A stretch of 62,387 nt of DNA, filler included. It is 5 parts of 5 records of this genome, joined end to end, with 100 filler letters (N's around TTAATTAATTAA, not from the genome) between each part and the next. Parts side by side here need not be neighbours in the genome. Positions count along the whole stretch, not along the records: positions 39,619 to 53,367 come from DRR723986_8969; positions 53,468 to 62,387 come from DRR723986_8997; 3 more parts are not named here. One strand, 5' to 3'. The number at the start of each line of letters is the position of its first letter. Position 1 is the first letter of the stretch. This document shows positions 48,401 to 56,594 of the stretch, in pieces. Both the position numbers and the translations under genes were made by a program. A model generated the notes under the pieces. The model was not told the DNA's origin. It searched no databases and saw only the letters and a program-made list of their open reading frames with translations.

Positions 48401-51096
48401 GCATCGGCTAGAAAAGCTGCCGCAAGCCCGGTCTGAAGCAACGCCAGCGCCAGATCTTCGCGCATCAGACGCAAATGCGTTCGAAGATGTATTCCGGCGC
48501 GGTGCGGCACTGCGGAAACCGCCGCATGCAGAAACGACGGCAGCATCAGGATCGCCAACACAAGCGCAGTTACCAGAATGGCAGCCGGGCCGGGCAGAAA
48601 CCAGCCGAGTGCCAGCGTGACCAGGGTCGCAGGCGCCAGCAGCGAGCGCCGCAGCGTGTCCAGCACCTTGAGCCGCCCAAGTGCACCCAACCCGCCTTGC
48701 GGTCCCAGCCAGGGCAGTAGCTGCCAATCGCCCCGGCACCAGCGATGGATCCGGCGAGCGGCAAGGTCCTGACGATCGGGAAAGGATTCAACGAGCTCGA
48801 CGTCCGAGGCAAGTCCGGCACGAGCGAAAATTCCCTCCAGCAAATCGTGGCTCAATAACGTGTTTTCAGGAACGCGCCTGGCCATCACCGTCTCGAATGC
48901 GTCAAGATCGTAAATACCCTTGCCGGTGAAGCACCCTTCACCGAAGAGATCCTGATAAATGTCTGACGCGGCGGCGGCATAGGGATCCATTCCACCTGGC
49001 CCGGACGTGGCATATTGAAAGGCAGAACCTCTACGCTCGGCGGGCATGGCAGGAGTGACTCGAGGTTGCAGTATCGCGTGACCCGCTCGTACCCGGCGCA
49101 ATGCGGGGTCGATAACGGGACGGTTCAGGGGATGTGCCATCTTGCCGATCAGCCGCCGCACCGTGTCGCGTGGCATCCGTGTATCGGAATCCAGCGTCAA
49201 TACATACCGTACGTCAGGAGGGATGGCTGGGGTGCCGCCATCAGGGGTACGGTAGTCGGTGTCTTCGGCACCGCGCAGGAGGCGGTTTAGCTCCTGCAGT
49301 TTGCCGCGCTTGCGCTCCCACCCCATCCAGAGTTTCTCAACCGGATTATACCGGCGCTGGCGATGCAGATGCAAAAAGCGCACGCCTGACGGGGCCGAAC
49401 CATAGAGCGTATTAAACCTCGCTATTTCCTTGTCGATCAGTTCCACAAGTGCCGCATCGCCCGGCAGGTTCTGGTGAGGGGCGTCCACGCCATCGGTGAG
49501 AAGCGCGAAGGAGACATGGCCGTGTGTGCCTGAAAGATAATGAACTTCCAGTCCTTCGATCTGTTCGCGCATATCGCTGACATTTGTCAGAAGGGTTGGC
49601 ACGACGACTAAGGTACGCAGCGAGGCTGGAATCCCGTCCTCGAGCGCCAAACCCGGCAGCACCGTAGGGGGCACGGTCCAACCGATCAGACGATCGATCA
49701 CAATTTGCGCGACGGTACTGGCAGGAACCAGGGCAGCGAAAGCCAACAGGGCCAGAAACAAACTGGACACGGAGCCGTTGGCGAGACCTGAAACCGCCCA
49801 GAGGCCAAGCACGAGCAAGCCAAGGGTGACGCCAATGATGCTGCCGGCATAGCCTGAAAGACCGGGGTGGAAGTGGTGCCAATGCCACCAGGCTCGCCGA
49901 ACACCGATCTGGCGCTCAAAGGCGGCCCGTCCCTCGGCGAGCAGATGCCAGCCGGGATCGCTTCGGCGCTGAGATTGCGGGTCGGACAGGGACGTTGCAG
50001 CGATCCCCGACGCACTGCCGGCCGCCTCGAGCACCAGCTCTGCTACCTTTGTTTCGCTGTGATCACAGTGCCGGGCAAGATCCTCGATGGCCGTTCTGTA
50101 AAGAGTGCGGCTGGCGAAATCCATCGCGGCAAACCCTGCGTGTTGCCGCAGCGTCGCATCGACGAGGCTGACACTCTCGAACAGATCCGGCCAGTCCATC
50201 TCGGAAATTGTGCGCAGGCTTGTGACGACGTTTCGTACCGAAACGTTGGAGGCGCCCTGACGTTCCTGTGCATGATGCACAACAAGATCAATATCACTGC
50301 CCTGTGCCGCCAATCGCTCCTCGAGCCAGCCGATAGCCGGAGTGATGAGCGGGTCGTAGTCGCGTAGCCGCTTGGCCAGTTGAGCTGCAAAAACCTCGGA
50401 CATGCGCCCGTTCAAGCCAGTTTCCAAGTAGGCACTCGGGTGGGATTGCGTGTTCCCCGCACCGAGAATCCGGTCTGCAAGCTGGTCGGCCTCATGGCGT
50501 CTTTTGTGACCCATGCGGATCTGATCGGAGAGGCGCCGGAGATTTTCCAGGAGAACGAGGCGTAGCGTGATTGGAATCGCCCAGAGTTCGCCGATGGTAA
50601 GGGGCTGCACCTGCTGATAGGCGCGGATAAATCGGGCTAGCACCACGGCATCGAGGTGGCTGTCCGTGTGTGCGACATAGGCCCAGACCAGACCGAAGAC
50701 CCGTGGGTAGCCCCGAAACGCGCCATCTGCGAGCTTTGGCAGCGTTCGGTAGTAACTGGCCGGCAGATCGGTGCGGCTTTCGCAGATTTGCGCCGCGACC
50801 TGGTGATAGTTATCGAGAAACCACTGCGCCGCAGGCACGATCGGGTGACCGGCTGCAAGTTCAAGATTGCAGGCCTTGCGCGTGGCCGACAAGGCAATTG
50901 CATTTTCTTCCAGTCGGCGCTGCAATGACACGACACGCGGTGGCTTAAGGGTGACGTCTTGTTGTTCTGCCAGACTGGACGCATGCTGTTCCAGACGTTC
51001 GACCCCGAACATCTCCGCACGTACAGGATTGATATCGTTCCAAGGAGCTCTGCTTGCCCGTCGAAGCGGCGACCAACCGGGAAACCCAACGGTCAT
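42499..51096 (-). CDS. ndvB: NdvB/Cgs-like cyclic beta-1,2-glucan synthase (GT84, glucoamylase-like and GH94 domains), 2865 aa
   Basis: WFLDNY, GWERKRGKL, TLDSDT, GKGIYD, LLSHDLLEG, RWCRGDWQL, PPDNFQE, SSVDSGNL, YDLLASEARL, WGISES, YQASGAYGFRDQLQD, DWNDGMN, ENGGQYSH, GRGGWSWYTGSA. Confidence 0.9.
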   Translation of the reverse strand: MTVGFPGWSPLRRASRAPWNDINPVRAEMFGVERLEQHASSLAEQQDVTLKPPRVVSLQRRLEENAIALSATRKACNLELAAGHPIVPAAQWFLDNYHQVAAQICESRTDLPASYYRTLPKLADGAFRGYPRVFGLVWAYVAHTDSHLDAVVLARFIRAYQQVQPLTIGELWAIPITLRLVLLENLRRLSDQIRMGHKRRHEADQLADRILGAGNTQSHPSAYLETGLNGRMSEVFAAQLAKRLRDYDPLITPAIGWLEERLAAQGSDIDLVVHHAQERQGASNVSVRNVVTSLRTISEMDWPDLFESVSLVDATLRQHAGFAAMDFASRTLYRTAIEDLARHCDHSETKVAELVLEAAGSASGIAATSLSDPQSQRRSDPGWHLLAEGRAAFERQIGVRRAWWHWHHFHPGLSGYAGSIIGVTLGLLVLGLWAVSGLANGSVSSLFLALLAFAALVPASTVAQIVIDRLIGWTVPPTVLPGLALEDGIPASLRTLVVVPTLLTNVSDMREQIEGLEVHYLSGTHGHVSFALLTDGVDAPHQNLPGDAALVELIDKEIARFNTLYGSAPSGVRFLHLHRQRRYNPVEKLWMGWERKRGKLQELNRLLRGAEDTDYRTPDGGTPAIPPDVRYVLTLDSDTRMPRDTVRRLIGKMAHPLNRPVIDPALRRVRAGHAILQPRVTPAMPAERRGSAFQYATSGPGGMDPYAAAASDIYQDLFGEGCFTGKGIYDLDAFETVMARRVPENTLLSHDLLEGIFARAGLASDVELVESFPDRQDLAARRIHRWCRGDWQLLPWLGPQGGLGALGRLKVLDTLRRSLLAPATLVTLALGWFLPGPAAILVTALVLAILMLPSFLHAAVSAVPHRAGIHLRTHLRLMREDLALALLQTGLAAAFLADASWRSLDAITRTLWRLLVSRRHLLQWTTAASLAAAPRPDLGGFVRAMAPGTTLGLTLAGMAAVAAPASLPLILPFAGLWLSAPFIALSVSKVPRPGLEATLTPQDARALRLIARQTWRYFETFVTAEDGHLPPDNFQENPSPSIAHRTSPTNIGLYLLATVAARDFGWISRKQAAGRVSATLGSMETLPRLKGHFYNWYNTQDGRVLDPPYISSVDSGNLAGHLIALANACEEWAEAPALDLQRRRCGLADLLDLVEIDAVGAGTPPDPSFPATMRSFRDSLAQAEIDWPALQRLVAEAENSPWASSLPDASARSWLSLLRDSLNELATDAVGCGIDRADLAGHLRQLGETARRLAMEMDFAFLLNPERKLLSIGYSVHENALDPACYDLLASEARLASLLAVAKQDIPLRHWFRLGRASTAVRGGTALVSWSGSMFEYLMPELVMREPEGGQLGRTCQLAVARQIAYGEAQGVPWGISESGFNARDMEFTYQYSSFGVPGLGLKRGLAGDLVIAPYATGLAAMLDPAEARCNYDALEEQGGLGVYGFYEALDFTPGRVLPGQRVAVVQSYMAHHQGMTVAAIANALNDGQMRARFHREPMIHASELLLQERLPRDIARTLPPLEEPAMTLMQPSEVERGRRISGCPSGPPISHLMSNGHYAVMVTASGGGYSRWGDIALTRWREDATRDHQGALLHLRDISDGTEQSFGPCEQGTAKTLQEVQFFEDHATFTSQTGRLDTVLDILVSGEADAEVRRLSVTNSGRSVCELDVTSYVELTLAAPASEAAHPAFSRMFVQTDFLPEYGALIAWRRRRSPDEPEIWAAQFMSVEGETSAPLQYDSDRATALGRDEEQARPRATTRPGPLAGRTGTVLDPVFALRNRLRIAPGDTARLMVWMVAAGSREALIDLIDRHHDSNAYDRARTLAWTQAQVQLRHLGISPDEAASFQRLAAPILYHDVRFRPPAAVLAKGAGRQSGLWPLAISGDLPIVLLRIDDPADIGQVRALLQAHEYWLGKQLSVDLVILNENPASYVKDLQAAIDTALRSSHSRPRSGEQRVRGAVYALRSDLVAPEARAQLLAAARVVLLARRGKIGDQLVMVLKDPDLFLAEERLADIPPEPAGYTTSRITDKSAAPDRQEDLLAAGENLEFFNGTGGFDQNGREYVILLGPNDTTPAPWINVIANPGFGFQVSASGSGFTWAENSRDNQLTPWSNDAVADPAGEAFYIRDDDSGALISPTIHPLRKTWNGFGEETGLYIVRHGFGYSKFEHQADGIACDLVQFVPREDPVRVSVLRLKNTGRKPRHLSVAAYSEPVMGVSRAASAPFLVSSRDSETGALLVCNPWNTTFPGRVMFTGLYGPGAGVESWTGDRTEFLGSGGSAAAPAAMHSQPILSGRLGAGVDPCLAQMKAVVLAPGESVELLHLLGQCADAATVGALVRRLRSSDPLKMLADVQKYWTETLGALQIETPDRAMDIMVNGWLPYQTLACRIEARAAFYQASGAYGFRDQLQDNMALTLTRPRQTRAHLLRAAARQFPEGDVQHWWLPHSGQGVRTRISDDCVWLGHAVAAYVASTGDTAVLDERVPFLEGHRLCDGEHDAFFLPDEADDDASLFTHCVLGLDRALTLTSPFGLPLIGRGDWNDGMNRVGAEGRGESIWLGWLLLQTLNAFIPLAEPRDPAIAQRWRTRAEALRQSMETNGWDGDWYRRATFDDGTWLGTAPARACRIDSIVQSWAVLSGQADPARAMRAMEAFDRLLVDRDDGLSLLFTPPFGADLTPEDNDPGYIAAYPPGLRENGGQYSHAAMWAILAWGRLGRGDRAAELFSLVNPINHTLTADAAQRYKTEAYAVAADVYSVAPHVGRGGWSWYTGSAAWMHRAAIEGILGITREGNRLRVAPNIPADWPGFSARLKVADTLCEIRVVHTEDAMARLDGLEIAAGTEVFLPLDGTSHDLFLGLSHVEPKTPAV

Positions 51097-51289
51097 CAGG
51101 AACCTCCGATACTAAAATTGGCCGAACGTCGAGCAGAGAAATGGCGGTGCTGAATGCAAGGCGACGCCAGAGGATATCTGCGGGCACCATCAGGGCAGGT
51201 TCACAACCTTGGGCCCATTCACGCGGGCGGTATTGGGAGCAGTGTTTAATTTCCGCTTGGATCGGCTATCGCCCTGCCACAAATCCGGT

Positions 51290-51421
51290 TCAGGCTTTTT
51301 TGGCCTTCGGCGATGTCTCGATGCTCAAACCCTTGCTGAACGAGGGTAACGGGACAGGCTTGGTCTTTTTCTGCTTTGGTTTTCTGTCTTCTCTACCGCG
51401 GCGGCTTTTGCCCTTTGCCAT
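51290..51421 (-). CDS. Small basic protein (43 aa)
   Basis: Below the ORF-track cutoff. Manual translation MAKGKSRRGREDRKPKQKKTKPVPLPSFSKGLSIETSPKAKKA*, preceded by AGGAG. Confidence 0.6.
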   Translation of the reverse strand: MAKGKSRRGREDRKPKQKKTKPVPLPSFSKGLSIETSPKAKKA

Positions 51422-51514
51422 TTCTTTCTCCTATTCTCGCGTCGGAAGGCCATTTTCCGGCGTGTATCCGCGCTTCGGATAGTGTTCCGATCAGTTGCTT
51501 TGGTCTTTGACAGC

Positions 51515-51811
51515 TCAGCCTCGATGCTCCGGCAAGTTTTTCAATTCGACCTTGGTCATCTTGGTGTGAGCAAGGATTTTTCCGTTTCCATCGCGCATGA
51601 AGGCGATGCGTGACACGTCAAGGGTAACTTGCTTGACCCCGATCCCGAAAAAGCCGCCAACTTCAATGACTGCCCTTGCGTACTGTCCGGTGCCGAGCAT
51701 TTCGGAGACATTGCCGATCACCTTATCATCGGGTCCGTAGATATCGGCGCCCTTGACGTTAGCGGCAATGATCTCGCCGGCCTGAAGGGGCTTATGTGAT
51801 GAATGGTCCAT
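51515..51811 (-). CDS. PRC-barrel domain protein
   Basis: GADIYGPDDKVIGNVSE...AVIEVGGFFGIGVKQV; GGAGG RBS before ATG 51811. Confidence 0.88.
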   Translation of the reverse strand: MDHSSHKPLQAGEIIAANVKGADIYGPDDKVIGNVSEMLGTGQYARAVIEVGGFFGIGVKQVTLDVSRIAFMRDGNGKILAHTKMTKVELKNLPEHRG

Positions 51812-52601
51812 GGGACCTCCTAGGTGTGGCTGGCGTGCGCGACAGGCCCGATCAGAATTGCCAGACAGGCAAAAGTGACTTGTCAGCAGCTGTTTGGTGC
51901 CGGGTTTAACGGCGTCGCCCATCATTGAAGCTGTATGACAACATAGCAGCAATGGTGGCGATGCATGCTGATGTGGGTTAGCGTGTCGTCACATTCACGG
52001 CTAATCCGCAGTCAGATATTCGGTTGCGGGTCTCTGAACCGTGTCGGCGGCGGTGATGCAAACTTATGACCGCGCGTTTAAGTAGAGATCGACGAAAACC
52101 ACCCCGGTTTCCGGCTGGCCAACAGCAGCGGCTCGATTGTTGCCCTGAATACTTCCGGCAGGATATTCTGGCACGGTCGGTCGTCCCGAGTGGTTAACCA
52201 ATGCATCGCTGAGTTCGGCCAATGCCGACAGCTCACAAGGCGCGTGACCTAACAGCAACTTTAAGAATATCGCGAAATTGATCTAAGGGTCGTTTTTGGG
52301 GGCGCACCCACGTCGATCCAAAGCTTGCGGATTTTGTCGACTTCCAGGCCGCGACATTTCAGTTCGAACGACTGGAATGGGGGCACGAAACCGCCATTGA
52401 TTGAGACCACGACGTACGGCAGCTCTGGGCCGAGATTTGCCGAGTATCCAGGGCCGACGAATGTCAGCTAAGCCCAATCGGGGTCTCCAAGCCAACAGTC
52501 CGTTCCCGGCGCCATTCGGGTCATTTCTTTAACCGCGAGATTTGATTGGAGCCACAACTATTTGGCTTTGAAAATATTGATTTTCGCGATTTTAGCTAAT
52601 A

Positions 52602-52615
52602 TGATGATTTCATCA
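52602..52615. promoter_or_regulatory. Candidate TA autoregulatory operator
   Basis: TGATGA-tt-TCATCA inverted repeat 20 bp upstream of the antitoxin ATG. Confidence 0.55.
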
Positions 52616-52635
52616 AAACCTAATTGGATTCTGCC

Positions 52636-52878
52636 ATGCGCGCTTTCAGCTCAACAGAACTTGCAAACAAGACCGGTGACGTCCTCGCGGCAGCGGCTCA
52701 AGAGCCGGTCGCAATTCAACGGCACGGGAAATCCCGCTTTGTCATGCTGACGACAGAAGAGTTCGAACGCATGCAGCAGAAGAGGGAAACTAGAAAGGCT
52801 GTCCATGTGTCGGAGCTGTCCGTCGCCGATGCCGGTGATCTTCTTTCCGCTTTGGAAGACAGCATAGAGAATGACTGA
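52636..52878 (+). CDS. Phd/YefM-family antitoxin
   Basis: FSSTEL..KTGDVL..A..EPVAIQRHGKSRFVML..EEFERM, acidic C-terminus. Confidence 0.88.
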   Translation: MRAFSSTELANKTGDVLAAAAQEPVAIQRHGKSRFVMLTTEEFERMQQKRETRKAVHVSELSVADAGDLLSALEDSIEND

Positions 52879-53296
52879 TAGGCAAGGCATTCCGAAAGTC
52901 GGAGACATTTGGGAGTATCCCTATCTTTGGGCCTGGCAAGCCGACCACGGCGAAACTGAAGGCCGGAAATCCAGACCCTGTGCTCTGACGCTCATCAACC
53001 GAAAGCAAGACAAACTAACAGAAGTGATCCTGGTGCCGATCACCACCAAGGAGCCGGTTGCAGGATCCCATTTCGTTGAAGTGCCGCAGATCGAGAAAAG
53101 ACGAGCCGGGCTCGATGAACGTTTGGGGCTTTGGGTGATCTGCGACGAGTTCAACTCCGATAGGCCTGAGCACTCTTACTATTTTGAACCAGGCGGCCGG
53201 ATCGGCGCGTTCAGCATCAAGTTTACGAAGCAGGTCCAGGCCGAGCTCGTAAGGGCGATCAAGGCCCGTAAGTCGGTCCGCATCTTTCGAAGATAG
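52871..53296 (+). CDS. Putative PemK/MazF-like toxin
   Basis: Overlaps the antitoxin stop; PKVGDIW.YPYLW...EGRKSRPC...LVPITT pattern resembles the PemK-fold RP/PIT motifs. Confidence 0.65.
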   Translation: MTDRQGIPKVGDIWEYPYLWAWQADHGETEGRKSRPCALTLINRKQDKLTEVILVPITTKEPVAGSHFVEVPQIEKRRAGLDERLGLWVICDEFNSDRPEHSYYFEPGGRIGAFSIKFTKQVQAELVRAIKARKSVRIFRR

Positions 53297-53367
53297 GTTG
53301 TCATTGCAAAGGCAATTTGACCAAACGGTCAAAAATATTCCATAATCCAAATTACGCGATTCTGGCT

Positions 53368-53467
53368 NNNNNNNNNNNNNNNNNNNNNNNNNNNNNNNNN
53401 NNNNNNNNNNNTTAATTAATTAANNNNNNNNNNNNNNNNNNNNNNNNNNNNNNNNNNNNNNNNNNNN
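53368..53467. other. Artificial contig linker
   Basis: N44-TTAATTAATTAA-N44. Confidence 0.98.
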
Positions 53468-53756
53468 CGGTGAAGGGGGTTCTACGGATATCACCCAATA
53501 CCCGCAAGCAGTTTTTTCAATGAATGACAGAATTTCCGCATGAGGATAGGCAACCCGTTGATAATACGCGAACATTCAGGCGAAACTTCCTGACCAGACG
53601 GTCCAGAAACAGCGATTTCCAACCCTCCGAGGCCCGAGGAGCGGGTGAATCAGGGGGTCCGAACGGCTTGGAATCAGAAGGTTGCGGGAAGGAACGCACA
53701 GGCGCCTGAGGGCGCAGAAGGCTCGGCCCTGTCGAACAGGCCCGCTGCGTTTTACG

Positions 53757-55043
53757 TCAGACGCCAGCGCGCACCGGGGGAGCGGTGGTCGCTGCCGTTT
53801 CACGGCAATGAACGCCCAGCATGACGAGCGCAGGCCAAAGCAGGTAGGCCTCGATCTCGACATTCTCGCCGAAGGTCAGCAGCACGATCACCATGCACAA
53901 TCCGAGAGGCAGGTGGCCGCGCGGCCCACGAGCGGCGTCCATCAGGGCCAGGGCGGTCTGCCATAGCAACGGCACCAGCAGCGCGGCGAACCCGACGACT
54001 CCCTTCGCGAAGAGCAGGCCATACCATGTATGGTGGCTGCCGATGGGCATGTATTCGACGATGTGGGGTCCCGGCTCGACCCTGCCATGGCCGAACCAGT
54101 AGGCCTCTCCCTGCCAGCGATCAGCGGCGATCCGTTGCAGCGTCGCGCGGACGCGGGTGCTGTCCGCCCGCGCGGATTTGAAGGCATCGACCCCGGCAAG
54201 GACGCTCTGGCCGATCCGTTCGCCGACCACCGCCATGGATGCCGCGAGCACCGCCAGCCCGGACCATGCCCAGCTCCGCAGGATCAGCGGCATGAGACGC
54301 GGCGTGATGGTGCAGGCCACCAGTCCGACCATCCCCATGCGCGACTTCGACGCGAGGATCATCAGAACGCCCGCCGCCATGCCTGCGGCCATCCAGCGGC
54401 GGTCACGCTCTTCCAGCGCGAAGACCACCATGGTCACGCCCAGCAGCGCCGCAAAGGGGGACCACGGCGCGTAGAACTGCCAGCGCGGCGTCCATGAGGC
54501 CGGATCGAAGGTGAAGAAGTAGACCGAGAAATACTCGGGCCCCGGCCCGCCCACAGCCTTGAGCGGCGAGGTCCAGATGCGCTCGGGCAGGCCGACATAG
54601 GGCGCAATCAGCAGGATCGGGGCGATGCACAGCGTCCAGAAGCCAAGGCGGCATTGCGCGCGGATCAAGGTCTCTCGCCGGATCGGCAGGACCGCGCCCG
54701 CAAGCGGGAACAGCGCCATGAGCGCCCAGCCCTTGGCCCAGCCGATCGAGGATTTTATCGACTGCTTCAGGCCAAGATCCCAGTTCAGGTGCCCGGCCCA
54801 GAGCGCGACCAGCATGACCAGCATGCCGATACACCAGCACCAGACCAGCGGCGGCACCGGGCCGGTGGCGCGCAGATCCGGGCGGATCGCCGGTCCAAGG
54901 TAAAGCGACAGAACCGCCAACCCGGCAAGGCACCACGCAAGAACCGGCCCCACCACGTAAAGCGCGCCAAGGGCGTAAAACGGCCAGGTCCAGGTGATGG
55001 CGCGCCGCACCAGCCGTTCCGGCAGAGTCTCAGGCGTGGTCAT
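53757..55043 (-). CDS. Wzy/O-antigen ligase-like polysaccharide polymerase
   Basis: 428 aa polytopic membrane protein with SKSR, a periplasmic loop FGHG..GSHHTWYGLLF..G.VG; EPS context. Confidence 0.75.
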   Translation of the reverse strand: MTTPETLPERLVRRAITWTWPFYALGALYVVGPVLAWCLAGLAVLSLYLGPAIRPDLRATGPVPPLVWCWCIGMLVMLVALWAGHLNWDLGLKQSIKSSIGWAKGWALMALFPLAGAVLPIRRETLIRAQCRLGFWTLCIAPILLIAPYVGLPERIWTSPLKAVGGPGPEYFSVYFFTFDPASWTPRWQFYAPWSPFAALLGVTMVVFALEERDRRWMAAGMAAGVLMILASKSRMGMVGLVACTITPRLMPLILRSWAWSGLAVLAASMAVVGERIGQSVLAGVDAFKSARADSTRVRATLQRIAADRWQGEAYWFGHGRVEPGPHIVEYMPIGSHHTWYGLLFAKGVVGFAALLVPLLWQTALALMDAARGPRGHLPLGLCMVIVLLTFGENVEIEAYLLWPALVMLGVHCRETAATTAPPVRAGV

Positions 55044-56484
55044 CGCGCGGCCCTGTGTTCCGTGTCAGGCTGTCGATTATGGCCTGCCGCAACCATCCCA
55101 GTGCCATGGCAATGCCAAGCATGAGCGTGGCCGCCATGCCCGCCGCCAGAGAGAGCTTGAGGTTCGGAGAAGATGGCCTGTCCGGCAGGGTCGGGTCCTC
55201 CAGCACCTGCACGAGCGGGTATGAGGCGTAGACGTCCGTCCTCTGCGACTGGCTGCGCGCGATGGCCGAGGCAAAGACCGCTTCGGCCACATCGAGATCC
55301 CGTTGCAGGTCATCGAGACGCGCCGCCAAAGGGGCGAGCGTCTGGAGTTGGGCCGTCTCGCTGTCGTGCTGTGCCCGCAACGCGTCAAGCTGCGCGGCAA
55401 GGCCCGCGCGCGCGGCCTCTTGCCGAACCAGTTCCGTCAGCAGCGCGCCGCGCCCGTCGGCCTCCGCGCGCTCGGGAACCATTGGCGTGCCCGCTAGGGT
55501 CTCGACGCGCGCCGCGACCTTGCGGCGGGCATCCCTGTGAAGCGCGGCAGCGGCCTCGACTTCCGGATGTCTTGGCCCATAGCGGGCTTCGGCGTCGGAC
55601 AAGACGGAAGCGGCATCGGCCATCGTCTGCATGAGCGCGCGATAGGTCTGATCGCCGTTCAGGCGCAGGATCAACGCCGCCTCGGCGGACTGGACGCCCA
55701 GCCGCGCCTCCATGCCGGACACGGTGCTCGCCGCCCGTTGCAACTCTGCCTCGAGCACCGCGATCCGCTGAGCGAGTGCATCGACCTCCTCCACCCGGCT
55801 TTCGAACTGTGCGGCGGAATGCAGGCCGGTCGCCGCGCGCAGGTCATCGATGTCGGCGCGGGTGCGGGCGACCGAGTCCCGGTAGTCGCGGATCGCATCC
55901 AGCCCGCCGGCCTCCCGCGAGGCCTGCTCGTCGCTGCGCAAGCGGTCGATTTCGTCCATGAAGGCGGCCAGCAGAGCCTGAAGGCGCTCTTGTACTGCCC
56001 CGGCGTCTGCGGCCGTCATCTCCACATGGATGAAGGCCGTCTGATCGACCAGTTTCACCTTGGGCCGACCGAAGTCACGATCGGACACGCCCGAACGCGC
56101 CGCCGCATCGCGCAGCACACGGTCCGCCGTCAACAGGCGCTTGTATGTCTCGGTCGGACTGATCGCACTGCTTGCGAAGGCCGAATTGGCATGTGTCGAG
56201 GCTTGCCCGATGTTCGCAAGGTTGACCGAAGACGAAGCCCCGGACCCCGGCAGGATCAGCGACATCGTGCTGTCATAGACAGGCGGCGCGGTCATCAGAT
56301 AGCCGGCGATCGGAACCCAGATGGCGCCCAATCCGGCAAAAGCCAGCAGCAGATACCGCGGCAGCCGTCCCGCATCGGACAGACGTCCCCCTCGCAGGAT
56401 GCGCCTTGCCGTGGGACGCGTCCGCCACAGCGGGATGTAGGGAAACAGGCGCCGCGGCAGAATCGGATCGGTGGCAATGGACAT
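55030..56484 (-). CDS. GumC/Wzz-Wzc-like polysaccharide co-polymerase (no kinase domain)
   Basis: N-terminal TM, long coiled coil with YGPRHPEV, C-terminal VQVLEDPTLP..PSSP plus TM. Confidence 0.85.
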   Translation of the reverse strand: MSIATDPILPRRLFPYIPLWRTRPTARRILRGGRLSDAGRLPRYLLLAFAGLGAIWVPIAGYLMTAPPVYDSTMSLILPGSGASSSVNLANIGQASTHANSAFASSAISPTETYKRLLTADRVLRDAAARSGVSDRDFGRPKVKLVDQTAFIHVEMTAADAGAVQERLQALLAAFMDEIDRLRSDEQASREAGGLDAIRDYRDSVARTRADIDDLRAATGLHSAAQFESRVEEVDALAQRIAVLEAELQRAASTVSGMEARLGVQSAEAALILRLNGDQTYRALMQTMADAASVLSDAEARYGPRHPEVEAAAALHRDARRKVAARVETLAGTPMVPERAEADGRGALLTELVRQEAARAGLAAQLDALRAQHDSETAQLQTLAPLAARLDDLQRDLDVAEAVFASAIARSQSQRTDVYASYPLVQVLEDPTLPDRPSSPNLKLSLAAGMAATLMLGIAMALGWLRQAIIDSLTRNTGPRDDHA

Positions 56485-56573
56485 CCGGCAAACTCCTTTG
56501 CGGATGTCCTACCGCGCCGGCTCTTGCACCTCAGCCGCGCGTCGGGCGGGTTTGACGACGTCTTTGGCCCCTT

Positions 56574-56593
56574 CCCTATCCCATCGGATAGGG
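56574..56593. promoter_or_regulatory. Inverted repeat CCTATCC-N4-GGATAGG upstream of the co-polymerase gene
   Basis: CCCTATCC-catc-GGATAGGG. It also abuts the response regulator stop, so it could double as a hairpin. Confidence 0.6.
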
Positions 56594-56594
56594 C

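Noticed and set aside
53468-53756. Possible plasmid replication/partition or ncRNA sequence at the start of contig 5
   Set aside because: AT-richer, promoter-like DNA with a lone GGATAGG half-site, but no iterons, ORF or recognisable RNA structure to support a call.
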